Notes: generated by a model not told the origin, from the sequence alone. Positions 1 through 10,880 are shown, numbered from the stretch's first letter. The stretch: DNA of 64,000 bases from Spirochaetia bacterium (GCA_965198005.1 CBDAOI010000003.1:1024001-1088000), one strand, 5' to 3'. Numbers and translations: made by a program.

Positions 1-1474
1 CCCTGTTCCGACAGCGCAGCCCGCAGGAATCGGACGACGCGGTCGAATCCGGCGGCTACGTTGGCGAATGGCTGGTAGTCTTCTAGGGAGAAGCCGTCGA
101 GATCCTGGAACAACTCGAACACCACTTTGCGTGCCTCAGTGGCATTCGCCATCGCCGAATCGAGTTCCTGCTCCGTGCGCCGCAGCTCGGGGTCGGAAAG
201 TGCCTCGCGATAGAGGGTGTCGTAGGTCAGACGCTCCGAGAGTTGTCCGAGTACCTGCGTTCGCAAATCTTCGGCGACATTGCCCTGCTCGTCGACCTTG
301 CCAAGCGTACGCGCAATTTCCTTGAGCTTGTCCATGAGCAGCAGGAAGATTCTGCCCTCGATGGTGTCCGATAGTACAAGGTTGTAGACTTGCGCGGTGT
401 GTTGCTGGCCGTAGCGGTGGATCCGTCCGATGCGCTGCTCCACGTCCATCGGGTTCCAAGGAAGATCGAAGTTGAACAGCACGCGGGCAACTTGAAGGTT
501 GATGCCTTCCCGTCCAGCGGCGGTGCATACGAGCGCTCGCGGTCCGTCGGGGTTCTTGAAGCGGCGTTCGGCTGCAAGCTTTGCACCGTGGTCGCCGCCA
601 CGGAGCACGACCACGCCCTGTCCGGGATACGCGCGCTCGATTTCACTCCCGATCAGATCCACCGTGCCGAGATACGTAGCGAAGATGACGACCCTTTCCC
701 TGAGATTCTGCTCCCACAGGGCGCCAAGACCGCGTAGCAGTTTCTCCACCTTCGTCTCTCGGGTTTGGGGAAAGCGTTGCAGCAGTTCGCGAATCCGCTG
801 CCGCTCCTCCGGCAGCGCCAAGCTGACCGCCATGGTAGCTGCGTCTTCACCTGCTGCTGCAGCCTCTCTCCAGAACCGGAATCCGACGCCATTGCAAGCT
901 CGTCTTCGTCCATGCGCTTGAGTAGACGGACCCTTTGCGTGGCCAGGATTGCGTCGACCTGGCCCTGGGAAACCGGATCGTCTCTGGCGATGCCATGCTC
1001 GTCGTGAATGAGATCCCGGGCTTGGTCGTGGAGCTGGTTGCGCGCGTCGATGTCGAGTTGCTGGTCCTTGATGATCGCCTCGTGCAGCGTGAGCATCAGC
1101 AACCGACGGCGCAGTGTGCGGCGCACTGCGGCGAAACTGGAGGCGGCGATCTTCTGGAAGATGGTCATCACGAAACCGAGGGCTCGCCCCTGATTGCCCT
1201 GTCGCTTCGCCAGGGCGAAGCCCTCCTCCAGGTACTCGCGCAGCGCCAGATAGAAGGCGCCCTCCTCCTTCGTCATGGTGAACGACTCGGTGTGCACTCC
1301 CCGGCGCGCGAACAGCGGCGACCCATCAGGCTTGCTGGCGTCGGCCTTGGTGCGGCGGAACACGACCGCATTGAGGCGATGTCGTTGGGCGACCATGTCT
1401 GCCGCGGTAGCGAAGAGTGTCGGGTTCAACAGCTGCATCAGCATCCAGAACCGAAAGTGATCGCCCTGGTGGGG
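1..1474 (-). pseudogene. SNF2/DEAH-box helicase, C-terminal part (frameshift near 865; runs off window start)
   Basis: Minus strand reads PHQGDHFRFWMLMQLL...FRRTKADA, then after a 1-nt shift near 865 KVEKLL...VVIFATYLGT...GREGINLQ...NFDLPWNPMDVEQRIGRIHRYGQ (helicase motifs V/VI). Confidence 0.85.
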
Positions 1475-1716
1475 CCGACCGGAAATCGAACGCCTTCGCC
1501 AAGCACGATCGGCTTATCGCCAGCATCGACACCCTGAAGCGCCGCGCCCGCGTACGCCGTCTCCTTGACGCGCCGCGCTGGGACCTCGTCGTCTTCGATG
1601 AGGCGCATCACCTCACGGCTCACCGAACGGGGCGCAAGGTGCGCAAGACGGAGAACTACAAGCTGGCCGAGGCACTGAAGGACCACACGCGCGATCTGGT
1701 CCTGCTGTCGGCGACG
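1475..1716 (+). pseudogene. Inverted internal segment of the same helicase (motifs II-III)
   Basis: Plus strand reads DRKSNAFAKHDRLIASIDTLK...WDLVVFDEAHHL...LVLLSAT; flipping it rejoins SAT to PHQGD in frame. Confidence 0.85.
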
Positions 1717-1855
1717 CTCGTGCCCGCTCCTGTCCGAGCGGTGCCGCGCGACCGGCGAGCGGCTCTTGGACCTCCGGAGCGCCGCGACGCGCCCCGGCAA
1801 CGGCCCATCCCCCCCGCGCACGCGGCGACTGACGGTTGTCCGGCTTTCGTGGCCC

Positions 1856-2617
1856 CTAGCCCAGCCGCTCGGCTGAGTCACGGTCGGCACGTTGGGCATA
1901 CAGCTTGCGGACGGATTCTCCTTCGAGGTTGATGCGGTGGGCGCCGTGCACGATGCGATCACAGATCGCGTCGGCGATGGTGGGCTCGCCGATTACCTCA
2001 TGCCAGGACGACACCGGCAACTGCGACACCATCAGGGTCGAGGCTCGACCGTGGCGATCTTCGAGCATCTCCAGCAGTGCCAGACGCGCCAGTCCGTCCA
2101 GCGGCTCCAGCGCGAAGTCATCGATGACCACCAATGCCTGCTTCTTGATCTTCTCCAGCTCCCGGACGTAGCTGCCGTCAGCCTTGGCCAGGCGGAGTTC
2201 TCCGAACAGCCGCGCGGCCGCGTAGTAGCCGACCCGGAAGCCGCGCAGACACGCTTGGTGGCCCAGCGCGGAGGCCAGATAGCTCTTCCCGGAACCGCAT
2301 TTGCCGGTGATGATGAGGTCCTGGTGGTGCTGCACCCAGCGGCAGTCGGCCAGCCGCAGCAGTTGGTTCTTGTCCAGGTTGCGGCTCAGCGCGAAGTCCA
2401 CCTCCTCGATGGCGGCCAGGTAGCGAAAGTGGGCCGCCTTCAGCAGCCGCTGCAGGCGCCGCGCATGTCGGTCGTCCCACTCGGCATCCACCAGGTGGGC
2501 CAGCAGCTCGTCGGCGGTCCACTGGGCTGAGCTCTCCAGGGTGGTGCGCAGCGCTCGTGCCATGCCGTGCAGGCGCATCTGGTCGAGCTTGTGCAGGGTG
2601 GCTTGGTTATTGGTCAT
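1856..2617 (-). CDS. istB: IS21 helper ATPase IstB
   Basis: MRLHGM start, Walker A GKCGSGKS, LVVIDDF, LEDRHG, SQLPVSSW, ADAICDRIVHGAHRINLEGESVRK. Confidence 0.95.
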   Translation of the reverse strand: MTNNQATLHKLDQMRLHGMARALRTTLESSAQWTADELLAHLVDAEWDDRHARRLQRLLKAAHFRYLAAIEEVDFALSRNLDKNQLLRLADCRWVQHHQDLIITGKCGSGKSYLASALGHQACLRGFRVGYYAAARLFGELRLAKADGSYVRELEKIKKQALVVIDDFALEPLDGLARLALLEMLEDRHGRASTLMVSQLPVSSWHEVIGEPTIADAICDRIVHGAHRINLEGESVRKLYAQRADRDSAERLG

Positions 2618-2627
2618 CGTCGGTACC

Positions 2628-4183
2628 TCAGTTGTAGTAGTGGCTGCCGCGCACGTTGTCATGGCGGGGGAAGTTCAGCTGCGGTTGGTCGTGCTCCTCC
2701 TCCAGGCCCAGCTTCAGCATGTTCTGAATCCGGCGGTAGGAGCACAGCCCGTAGGAGAGCGCCCGCTGGCAGGCCCGATCGAGGCGCGGTGCGCCATAGC
2801 TCTTCTCCAGGTTCAGGATGCCCAGGCAGGCACGAACCCCTGGGGCGGGTACTTGGCGTCCTTGAGCACCTTTGCGATCACGGCCTCCACGTTGCGGCCC
2901 AGCGCCCGCCCCCAGCGCAGAAATCGTTCCGGGCTCCACTCGGCATACCACCGGTGCTGCGGCGGCATGTGGTCGGGCAGCGTGGTGTAGCCACCCGCAC
3001 GACGATCGCGCTGGTACTCGACCAAGCGCACGTTGTCGTAGTGGATCGAGACGGTGCGCTCGTCGTAGAGCAGCTTGACCTTGGTGCGCGGATCGCGGGT
3101 GCGCAGGTGCCAGGGCACGCTGTAGTAGTGCCGGTCTTCGCGCAGCTCCACGTGATAGTTGAACTGGACCGTCACTTCCCGGATCTGCTGCAGCGGGAAG
3201 TGGTGCCGAGGCAACGGCTTCAGGGTGTGCCGCTCGATCTGCTCGAACAGCTCGCGCCGTGAGTAGGGCAGGCGCTGAAAGCGGCGCGCGTTGTGCTGCT
3301 CCAGCAGCGGCCTGATCGCCGCGTTGAGTTCATCGAGGGAGTGGAAGGTGCGGTCCCGCAACGGCGCGTAGATGCGCTGATAGATCAGCCGTACGGCGTT
3401 CTCGACCAGCGCCTTGTCCCGGGCCCGCCGGACGCGGGCGGGCATGATGACTACCCCGTAGTGCTGGGCGAAGGCGTCGAACTGGGGGTTGATGCCCGGT
3501 TCGTAGGGGTCTGAGCGACTGACCGCGCTGCGCAGGTTGTCCGGGATGATCACCTCGGTGCCGCCGCCGTAGTAGTGCAGCGCCCGCTCGTTGGAGCGGG
3601 CCCAGTCCTCGCCTTGTTGCGTGGCGCTGGCCTCCACATAGGTCAGTTCGCTGGCCGCGAGGATTGCCACGAACGTTTCCACCGGCTGCCCCGCGCCGCT
3701 GTCTGGGTCCACGATGGCCAGCTTGTCGCCGGCGTAGTCGACGAACAGCTTCTCCCCGGCCTTGTGGTCGATGTGCATGCCCACCTCGGTGCCCTTGCGC
3801 CAGAGGTGGAAATGATGGCAGAACTGGCTGCTCTGGTAGCCGTCAGGGTGCGCGCGCTGGTACTCCTCCCAGAGCAACTGCAGCGTTACTCCCTTGCGCC
3901 GCAGCTCCTTGACCATCGTCGGAAACCGTTCGGCCAGTCGCTCATAGCGCGCGTTCGTCTCCGGGGCGCGCGTGCCCTCCAATACGGTCAGCAGCTTGCT
4001 GTCGGGCAGCTCCTGCGCCTGCTCCCAGCTCAGTCCGCTGCCGCGGAACCACTCCAGGTACTTCGCCACCACCGTGCGCGAGACCTTCAGCGCTCGTCCA
4101 ATCGCTCGCTCACTGAGCTCGGTGGTCACCCCGTAGCGGATGACCTCTTTGATCTTCTCCACGCGAATCCTCCTGCGTGCCAT
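2628..4183 (-). pseudogene. istA: IS21 transposase IstA, frameshift near 2835
   Basis: HTH (LSERAIGRALKVSRTVVAKY), AGEKLFVDYAG, IIPDNLRS, DKALVENAV, YYSVPW; C-terminus RACLGIL...HDNVRGSHYYN is in another frame (2628-2835). Confidence 0.9.
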
Positions 4184-4258
4184 GCGACTCCCTCCTATAA
4201 GGTTTTGGGGGGAGCGTAGCGGAGGGTCGGCCGACCCCGTCCGGAAATCAGCCTCCAA

Positions 4259-4351
4259 GTGGCTTTTTTCCGCCGGACGGGTGGCTTTTTATTTCCGGAC
4301 GGCTGGCTCTCTCAAAACGGAATCAGTGGCTTTTTTGCACCGGAATCTGCA
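4259..4351. repeat. IS21 terminal/subterminal repeats
   Basis: Three copies of gtggcttttt plus one degenerate copy (ctggctctct), each followed by a cgga box, ending in CA. Confidence 0.8.
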
Positions 4352-4454
4352 CCTTCATCGCGCGCCCCACCGCAGCGGGCGAGGCGGGTGCGGTAGGGGC
4401 GGCGGCAGAGGCGGGTGCGGCGGTGGACGGTTTCCAATTGGATAAGGTGTCTTC

Positions 4455-4502
4455 GTGAGAGCCTATATCATCAGGCGGCTATTGCTGATCCTGCCCACGC
4501 TG
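4455..4502 (+). pseudogene. 5' stub of OppB/DppB permease
   Basis: GTG-RAYIIRRLLLILPTL, same N-terminus as the permeases starting at 7078 and 15550. Confidence 0.7.
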
Positions 4503-4518
4503 GAAGCTGCCGCGGCAG

Positions 4519-4764
4519 TCAGGCCGCCACGTGTTCCCACTGGATAACCTCGACCACGGTGTGCTTCCGGCGGGCCTCGGCGACGATGGTCTCCAGGCGC
4601 GCCGCCACGGCATCTTCGATCCAGGCCTCGCCGCACTGCGAGCAGACCCGTGCCGGAACTCCGCGGACGACGACGACTCCGGTCTTCAGATCCACGGCAA
4701 AGACCGTCGTGCCCGGTTCCTGCGGCCCCCCGCACAGGGCACATCTGCCCTCGTTCGACTTCAT
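4519..4764 (-). CDS. YgiT-type zinc finger protein (MqsA-like antitoxin)
   Basis: CALCGG...VRGVPARVCSQCGE. Confidence 0.85.
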   Translation of the reverse strand: MKSNEGRCALCGGPQEPGTTVFAVDLKTGVVVVRGVPARVCSQCGEAWIEDAVAARLETIVAEARRKHTVVEVIQWEHVAA

Positions 4765-5091
4765 TAAGTCCTCCTTCGCGTCTTGTAGTCCGCCTCGAAA
4801 TGCTCCAGATCCGGCCGGTAGGCGGTGATCACGTAGCCGATGCCCGCTTCTACACCGACGGCCGCGACAACGTGGAGGGGTTGCTCTCCCATGTGCAACA
4901 AGAGGCAGCTTGGAAGCGGCCTGTCCGTAAGGTACGGCTCGATCACCTGTCCCTTCAAGATAGCGCCTACCTACGACCTCTTCGCGGGAAATGCTCCGCT
5001 CCAGCATCCGTTCCAGGGCGTGAAGCTGCCATCGGATCCTCCCCAGCGCCACAGCATCGCGCAGAGCCGCGAGGTCGAACTCATGCGCCAT
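4764..5091 (-). pseudogene. DUF4258-family putative toxin, frameshifted by a 4-bp duplication
   Basis: HALERMLERSISREEV and IEPYLTDRPLPSCLL...PLHVVAA...VITAYRPD lie in two frames; GTAG-GTAG duplication at about 4967-4974. Confidence 0.8.
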
Positions 5092-5165
5092 CGAGTGCCT
5101 CATTCAGACTGCGGCTACCGGTGACGGGGCTCATTCCGTCACCTCCGCCAGCATGGTCGACTCGC

Positions 5166-6059
5166 CTAATAAGCCGATCTGGCCTCTTGCGCACCCAGAC
5201 GCCCCGCACCACCCCTCAGCCGCGGGTCGAGCAGGTCGCGCACCGCGTCGCCGAACATGTTCAAACAGTAAACGACAATGGTCAGGCAAACACCAGGCCA
5301 GATCGCCAGCCAGGGGGCCACCTCCATGTATTTGCGCCCTTCCCTGCTGAGCATACCTCCCCAGCTGGGAATCTGGACCGGCAGTCCGTATCCGAGGAAG
5401 CTAAGGGCGGCCTCGGAAATAATCACCCCCCCGATGTTGATGCTGAAGATGATGATGACACTCGCCATAATATTGGGCAGCACATGGCGCAACAGGATTT
5501 GGGTCGTGGGGGTGCCAACCGCCCTGGCTGCCAGGAAATAGTCATTGTCTTTAACACCGATAACGGCGCTTCTGACTATTCTCGAAGCGGCAATGCCTCC
5601 GAGGATCCCCAGGACCACGATGATCTGCGGCAAACCCCGCCCCACGATGGACATGACGGTTAACAAGATGAGCAGTCCCGGGAAGGCCATCCAGGCATCG
5701 ACAAACCGCTGCACCACCAGGTCCAGTTTGCCGCCAATAAACCCTGAAATGCCGCCTATCAGGACAGCAACGACGACAATGAGCATAGTCGCTGACAGAC
5801 CGACGACCAACGAAAGCCGAGCCCCGACGATAAGGCGGCTCAATAGGTCTCGCCCCAACTGGTCGGTCCCCAGGAGATACCGGGCTGATGGGCCAGTCAG
5901 CTTGTCTGCCAAGTGTCGCTCACTATATACGTAGGGTGATAGAACGTCTCCAAAGATAGCGACAATGATCAAGATCAAGATGATCATCCCGCTGATAGCA
6001 CCTAGTGGCTTCTCCTTGACCATCCTGATAAAGAAATCGGCCACCCTGCTACCTCTCAT
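5166..6059 (-). CDS. ABC peptide/nickel transporter permease (OppC/DppC)
   Basis: LGTDQLGRDLLSR, RHVLPN, EAALSFLGYG, FGDAVRDLLDPR. Confidence 0.95.
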   Translation of the reverse strand: MRGSRVADFFIRMVKEKPLGAISGMIILILIIVAIFGDVLSPYVYSERHLADKLTGPSARYLLGTDQLGRDLLSRLIVGARLSLVVGLSATMLIVVVAVLIGGISGFIGGKLDLVVQRFVDAWMAFPGLLILLTVMSIVGRGLPQIIVVLGILGGIAASRIVRSAVIGVKDNDYFLAARAVGTPTTQILLRHVLPNIMASVIIIFSINIGGVIISEAALSFLGYGLPVQIPSWGGMLSREGRKYMEVAPWLAIWPGVCLTIVVYCLNMFGDAVRDLLDPRLRGGAGRLGAQEARSAY

Positions 6060-6109
6060 TGGCTCGATCTCTCATTGGCTCGATTGCTGGTGATGGCATC
6101 CCGGTGGCG

Positions 6110-7078
6110 TCACTCATATCGGACCCTGGGGTCTAGGTACGGATAAATCAGATCGATAAGCAGATTGGCGCCTACAACCATGGTGGCGAAAACCAGATTC
6201 ACTCCAGAGACCACCGGGTAGTCTCGTTCCTCGAGTGCACTCACCATAAGACGACCTAACCCCGGCAGAACGAAAATTTGCTCCAAGATAACCGAGCCAC
6301 CTATCAGGAGGGGGAGCTGCAGGCCTACGAGCGTGACTACCGGGATGAGGGCATTCTTGACGGCGTGTCGGATCACCACAGCCCGCTCCCTGAGCCCCTT
6401 GGACCAGGCGGTCCTGATATAGTCCTGCCGGAGCACCTCCAGCATCATGGTGCGGGTCATGCGCATTGTGCTTGCAGCCAGGGCCGTCCCCAGAATCAGG
6501 CTGGGAATGAGGAACATTCCGAGATTCCCCAGCGGGTCTTCCGTGAAAGGAATCAGCACCATCGACGGCGACCATCCCCACCAGATCGCCGGGAAAATCA
6601 TGACCATGGTTCCCAGCCAGAAGTTGGGCGTTGCCATGCCGATGATGGCGGCAGAGCGCCCTACGTAGTCGGCGGCTGTATCCTGGCGGATCGCCGAGTA
6701 GATGCCCACCGGCAGCGCAATCAGGAGCCCGATCACGATTGCCATGAGGCCAAGCTCGATGGTCACCGGCAATCTTTCAAGTATCTGATCCTCTACCGAA
6801 AAGGTGCCAAACAGCGATTCGCCGAGGGTGCCGCGGAAAAAAATGCCACTCATCCAGCGTCCATACTGCACCCACACAGGCACGTCCAATCCAAGTGCAC
6901 GCATGAGAGCTTCACGGTCTATCTCGAGTGTAGAACCAGGGGCCTGGGCTTCCATCCGAGCTTCTATTATGTCTATTACGTTGCCCGGAAGGAACCGGAC
7001 CAAGAGAAAAACGAAGATGGTCAGCAAGAACAAGGTGGGGATTATGAGCAATAACCGCCTGACCACATAGGCTCTCAT
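6110..7078 (-). CDS. ABC peptide/nickel transporter permease (OppB/DppB)
   Basis: MRAYVVRRLL, PNFWLG, DYIRTAWSKGL, RDYPVV, YLDPRVRY. Confidence 0.95.
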   Translation of the reverse strand: MRAYVVRRLLLIIPTLFLLTIFVFLLVRFLPGNVIDIIEARMEAQAPGSTLEIDREALMRALGLDVPVWVQYGRWMSGIFFRGTLGESLFGTFSVEDQILERLPVTIELGLMAIVIGLLIALPVGIYSAIRQDTAADYVGRSAAIIGMATPNFWLGTMVMIFPAIWWGWSPSMVLIPFTEDPLGNLGMFLIPSLILGTALAASTMRMTRTMMLEVLRQDYIRTAWSKGLRERAVVIRHAVKNALIPVVTLVGLQLPLLIGGSVILEQIFVLPGLGRLMVSALEERDYPVVSGVNLVFATMVVGANLLIDLIYPYLDPRVRYE

Positions 7079-7239
7079 GCGCTACACCTCATTATCGCGA
7101 TTCCCACGTTATGCTTTCATCATTGCCACCCGTCTTTTGTCATCACGAGCCGCGATTCTGCTCAATAAGTTAGGGAGCTGGGAAGCCTGTGCCTCCGCAG
7201 CTCCCTTTTCCATGAGATCAGCTACAAAGGGTCAAACGC

Positions 7240-9048
7240 CTAATAGCCCATGGCTTTCTTCAGTTCACTATCAATCCAGAGGCGGGAGAAGACCACCATG
7301 TTTTGCATTCCTCCAAAGCCGCCTTCGCCGTTATAGCTGATCACCCACGGCCAGTGAACGCTAAAGGCTGGCGCCAAAGGCCCCCAGATCGACCAGAACT
7401 GCTCTATTATGCGCCAGTCCATCTGTCTAAACAGCGCCTTCTGTTCCTCGATGGTGGCAGCCACCTGGGCGGCGTCATACAGGGCGTCATATTCCGGGTC
7501 CGAGACTCCAGTGTTCCCGGGATTGCCGCTCCAAAAAAGATGCATATTGATGCTTGGATCAGCCTTGATGCCCAGGACCTGAGGCCCAATCTCCCAGTCT
7601 CCAGCACGTCTTCTAGCGTTAGATTCTGCCATGCTAGGTGTCTCTATGTCCACGGCAACACCAATGTCACGCCAGTACTCTGCGACTAATTCTGCCCAGC
7701 TCACCTCAATCTGCGGGAAGTGCATGTACGTGGTCTTGAATCTCATGCCGTCGGCGCCACGGGGAAGCCCAGCCTCATCAAGCAACCTCTCTGCCCCTGC
7801 CGGGTCATACCTGTGGTATCGCTTGATCTCTTCCGGCCACTCTTCAAATGGGACGTGATAGCCCTTGAATTCCAGGGCGACTATGCCCCGAGGAATCGTA
7901 TCTGCAGCACCCTTGTAGAAGGCATCGTTCATTGTTTCGAGGTCCAGGGCCATCTGCATCGCCTGGCGCACCCTGATGTCGTCCCAGGGCGGCTTGTTGG
8001 TGTTCATGGCAAAGCTAGCATTCGACCGTTCTGACCACGTGTGGAATACGAGCTCGGGGTTGGTCCGCTTGAGGCGATCTGCCGTTTCTATTTCGTTCAA
8101 TTGAGTGGCGCCCGGCCAACCTATGAAATCGATCTTAGCCGTGCGCAGCCCGGCCAGAAATGTGGCCTCTTCAGGGATAACAAGTCCCACTATCTCGTCA
8201 ATATAGGGCAGGCGGTTCTCCGGGTATTTTTCGTCGTAGCCCCAGTAGTTGGGATTCTTGGTCCAGGTTATAGAGCTGCCCTTGGTGAAGTCAGTTATCG
8301 TATAGGGCCCGGTGCCGACAATATTCCTCCAATCCTGCATGTCCCCGTATTGCTCGATTACCTCGGGCGGCTGTATAACAGCATTCCAATCGTCCAAAAT
8401 AAGATTCAGCGCGCGGAGATTTCGCTCCTTCAGCTTCATCACAACCGTATACTTGTCGGTGGCCTCTACCGATTCGAACGGCAAAGCTATGAGGCGACCT
8501 CCCCCTGGGGAAGGGTCGGCTTCACTGAACTGGGTCCCGGTCAATTTATTTCCCAACAGGCGGTGAAAGTTATATTCTACATCGTCGGCCGTCAGCTCGC
8601 GCCCGTTCATCGGTGCCTTATCATGCCAGTGAACGCCTTTACGGATGTGGAAGACATAGGTTGTGTCGTCGGGCTGTTCCCAGCTTTCAGCCAGCGCCCC
8701 GGTCAGGGCGTATAGAGGCGCTATGTAGCCGGTGAGAAAGGGATATGTGTCCCTATCTATTGCCCAGTCCACCATGGCCAGTTTCTCTACAACGCCACTG
8801 GTCATGCCTAACGCTCGGAAGCCAAACCAGACATCACCAGGCTCGAGGTTGAATTTGATGGCCTGGGTCAATGTCCCGCCATACTCTGGCGCGGTCACCA
8901 CGTTGCCGGTGGTGGGGTCGGTCACATACTTCTTGTCGGCGGCCGCTGCCGCCCCCTCTTCATCTGCGCCACCCGCCCAGAGGCCGGTTGCCGTCAGCAC
9001 CAGGACCAACGCAATCGCGAAGGTCATTCTAAACAGGATTTTCATCAT
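7240..9048 (-). CDS. ABC transporter substrate-binding protein, family 5
   Basis: Signal peptide, PEYGG, LAESWE, GTGPY, DIRVRQAM, YDPAGAERLLDEAG. Confidence 0.93.
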   Translation of the reverse strand: MMKILFRMTFAIALVLVLTATGLWAGGADEEGAAAAADKKYVTDPTTGNVVTAPEYGGTLTQAIKFNLEPGDVWFGFRALGMTSGVVEKLAMVDWAIDRDTYPFLTGYIAPLYALTGALAESWEQPDDTTYVFHIRKGVHWHDKAPMNGRELTADDVEYNFHRLLGNKLTGTQFSEADPSPGGGRLIALPFESVEATDKYTVVMKLKERNLRALNLILDDWNAVIQPPEVIEQYGDMQDWRNIVGTGPYTITDFTKGSSITWTKNPNYWGYDEKYPENRLPYIDEIVGLVIPEEATFLAGLRTAKIDFIGWPGATQLNEIETADRLKRTNPELVFHTWSERSNASFAMNTNKPPWDDIRVRQAMQMALDLETMNDAFYKGAADTIPRGIVALEFKGYHVPFEEWPEEIKRYHRYDPAGAERLLDEAGLPRGADGMRFKTTYMHFPQIEVSWAELVAEYWRDIGVAVDIETPSMAESNARRRAGDWEIGPQVLGIKADPSINMHLFWSGNPGNTGVSDPEYDALYDAAQVAATIEEQKALFRQMDWRIIEQFWSIWGPLAPAFSVHWPWVISYNGEGGFGGMQNMVVFSRLWIDSELKKAMGY

Positions 9049-9057
9049 CGTTTCTTC

Positions 9058-9276
9058 CTTGAATGTTATTTCGAGAGTATTGCGTAGCGGATTGCCGCTC
9101 CCTGGCTACTCATACTTCTTGTCGGCGGCCGCCCGCATCTGCGCCACCCGCCCAGAGGCCGGGCGCGCCCGCGCAACGCGGACGGCCAGTCTTGAATGTT
9201 ATTTGAGTCGGATTGCCGCTCCCTGGCTATTCGGGCCCGCAACCGCGGGCGCGCCCGCCAACGCGGACGGCCAGTC
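9058..9276. repeat. Condensed tandem duplication of SBP 5' end and leader
   Basis: cttgaatgttattt twice, cggattgccgctccctggcta twice, aacgcggacggccagtct twice; 9111-9161 copies 8924-8986 with a deletion. Confidence 0.8.
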
Positions 9277-9545
9277 TGAGTAATGGCTGAAGCGCGCGGC
9301 GTGTGACTCAACGGGTTCACCCCGGCCTCACGCCGCGCGCGCGTGCGGCTCTTTGAGTATCATTCTGCACCCCCTTCAATCCCCGAACTCCCTATGGTCA
9401 CAGGCTCGTCTGACCATGTCAAGCGCAGACTCCGGCCGTCCGGCCCGAGCGCGTCGAAGCCAGCATGCATGGTACCGGCTGGATTGTGTCTCATGTGATT
9501 GCCCTGCGTCAAGCCGATGGACCACCGCAGGCCAAGCGCAGGAAC

Positions 9546-10880
9546 TCACGGCATGCCGCGCGCGAGGCGCTCCAGGAGATAGGCGGGCAGATTCACGATC
9601 CGCACGCCGTCAGCGCTGGTTTCCGCGTAGGGCGCCAGGCTCGCGATGTATCCGCGGCGCTGGCCGTGGGAGCGCAGATAGGCAACCAGGCCGCGCATGT
9701 GGCGAAGGTTCACCGTGAGGCTCGCCTTGCACTCGACCGGGACCGTGGTCGTGCCGGTCTTGACGATGAAGTCGATCTCCGACCCCGCCGGCGAGCGTTT
9801 CCAGCCGGCCAGCGGCTGCCCGTCGCGCGCCAGCTCGATCGCGGTCTGGTTTTCGATGATCGCGCCGAGCGGAGTGCGCGCGGCCGGCGCGATCGTGTGA
9901 ACCGCGCTGATGGCCGGCACGGCCGACTCGCGCAGCTCGCGGAGCACACCGGTGTCGAACAGGTAGCGCTTGGGCAGGTAGGCATGACTGGCGTGGGCAC
10001 TCGATCCCTTTTGATCGGAGCGCAGGATCAGGTGCCAGCTCTCCAGGCGCGCGAACACCTCGTTGATCTTTGCGTTCACGCGGCTGCCCGGCGCCGGCAC
10101 CACCGAGGTGTTCTTGGACACGCCGCCCACGAAATTGGCGACGCTGCGCAGGCACGAGGTGGCGATATCGACGCTCTCCTCCCCGAACAGGCGTATGAAG
10201 TCCTGCTCGTAGTCGGCGACGATCTGGCGCCGCATGAGGGCGTGATCCTCGCCCGTCGCGTAGGCCAGCACTACGGCCGGCAGCCCGCCGATTGCGAGAA
10301 ACTCGTCGAACCGGGCGAGCAGATGGTCGTGCCGCTGGTTGCTGATCTGCGTGTTACCACTGAGAACCTCGTCAGCGAGGTGGCCTTGCCCGACCGCCCG
10401 CAGGAACTCGGAAAAGGAAAACGGGCCCAGGACCAGGCGGCGAACGCGGCCCACCGGGTAGCGGGTGTGCGGGCGGAACAGGCGCCTGAGCGTCGAGCCG
10501 GACAGGATTACCGTGGCGCGCGGCCATTCTTCCTTCATGAAGCGCACGAACCCGCCGAGCTTGCGGCTCTCCTGGGCTTCGTCGATGAACAGGATCCGAT
10601 CGGCGTGCGGGCGAAACCCGTGGCGGTCGAGCAGCAGGTCCTGGAACGCGCCAAAGTCGCGGCAATCGTCGAATGCCGCACGTTCCAGCGAGTCCCGCTC
10701 CAGGTTGATCTCGACGGTTGGCTTGGCCGAGCCGGCCAGTACGTGCTCCACGAGCGTCGTTTTCCCCACTTGGCGGGCGCCTTCCAGGAGGAGGACCGGC
10801 TTGTGCGGCAGTGGATCCGCGATGAACCGTTCGAGATCGCGCTCCCTGTGGCGTTCAGTGTACGGGATACCCATATTCAT
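9546..10880 (-). CDS. AAA-family ATPase with DUF4143 C-terminal domain
   Basis: GARQVGKTT, LFIDEAQ, SGS, GPFSFSEFL, GGLPAV, KRYLFDTG, EIDFI...PVECK. Confidence 0.9.
   Translation of the reverse strand: MNMGIPYTERHRERDLERFIADPLPHKPVLLLEGARQVGKTTLVEHVLAGSAKPTVEINLERDSLERAAFDDCRDFGAFQDLLLDRHGFRPHADRILFIDEAQESRKLGGFVRFMKEEWPRATVILSGSTLRRLFRPHTRYPVGRVRRLVLGPFSFSEFLRAVGQGHLADEVLSGNTQISNQRHDHLLARFDEFLAIGGLPAVVLAYATGEDHALMRRQIVADYEQDFIRLFGEESVDIATSCLRSVANFVGGVSKNTSVVPAPGSRVNAKINEVFARLESWHLILRSDQKGSSAHASHAYLPKRYLFDTGVLRELRESAVPAISAVHTIAPAARTPLGAIIENQTAIELARDGQPLAGWKRSPAGSEIDFIVKTGTTTVPVECKASLTVNLRHMRGLVAYLRSHGQRRGYIASLAPYAETSADGVRIVNLPAYLLERLARGMP

Larger units (their letters stand above)
1856..4351 (-). 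mobile_element. IS21-family insertion sequence, defective (istA frameshifted, downstream end not recognisable)
   Basis: istA-istB pair; terminus TGCAGATTCCGG at 4351 on minus strand with repeated subterminal GTGGCTTTTT boxes. Confidence 0.9.

Noticed and set aside
2825-2850. istA frameshift as programmed recoding
   Set aside because: No slippery heptamer; it looks like a single-base loss or sequencing error
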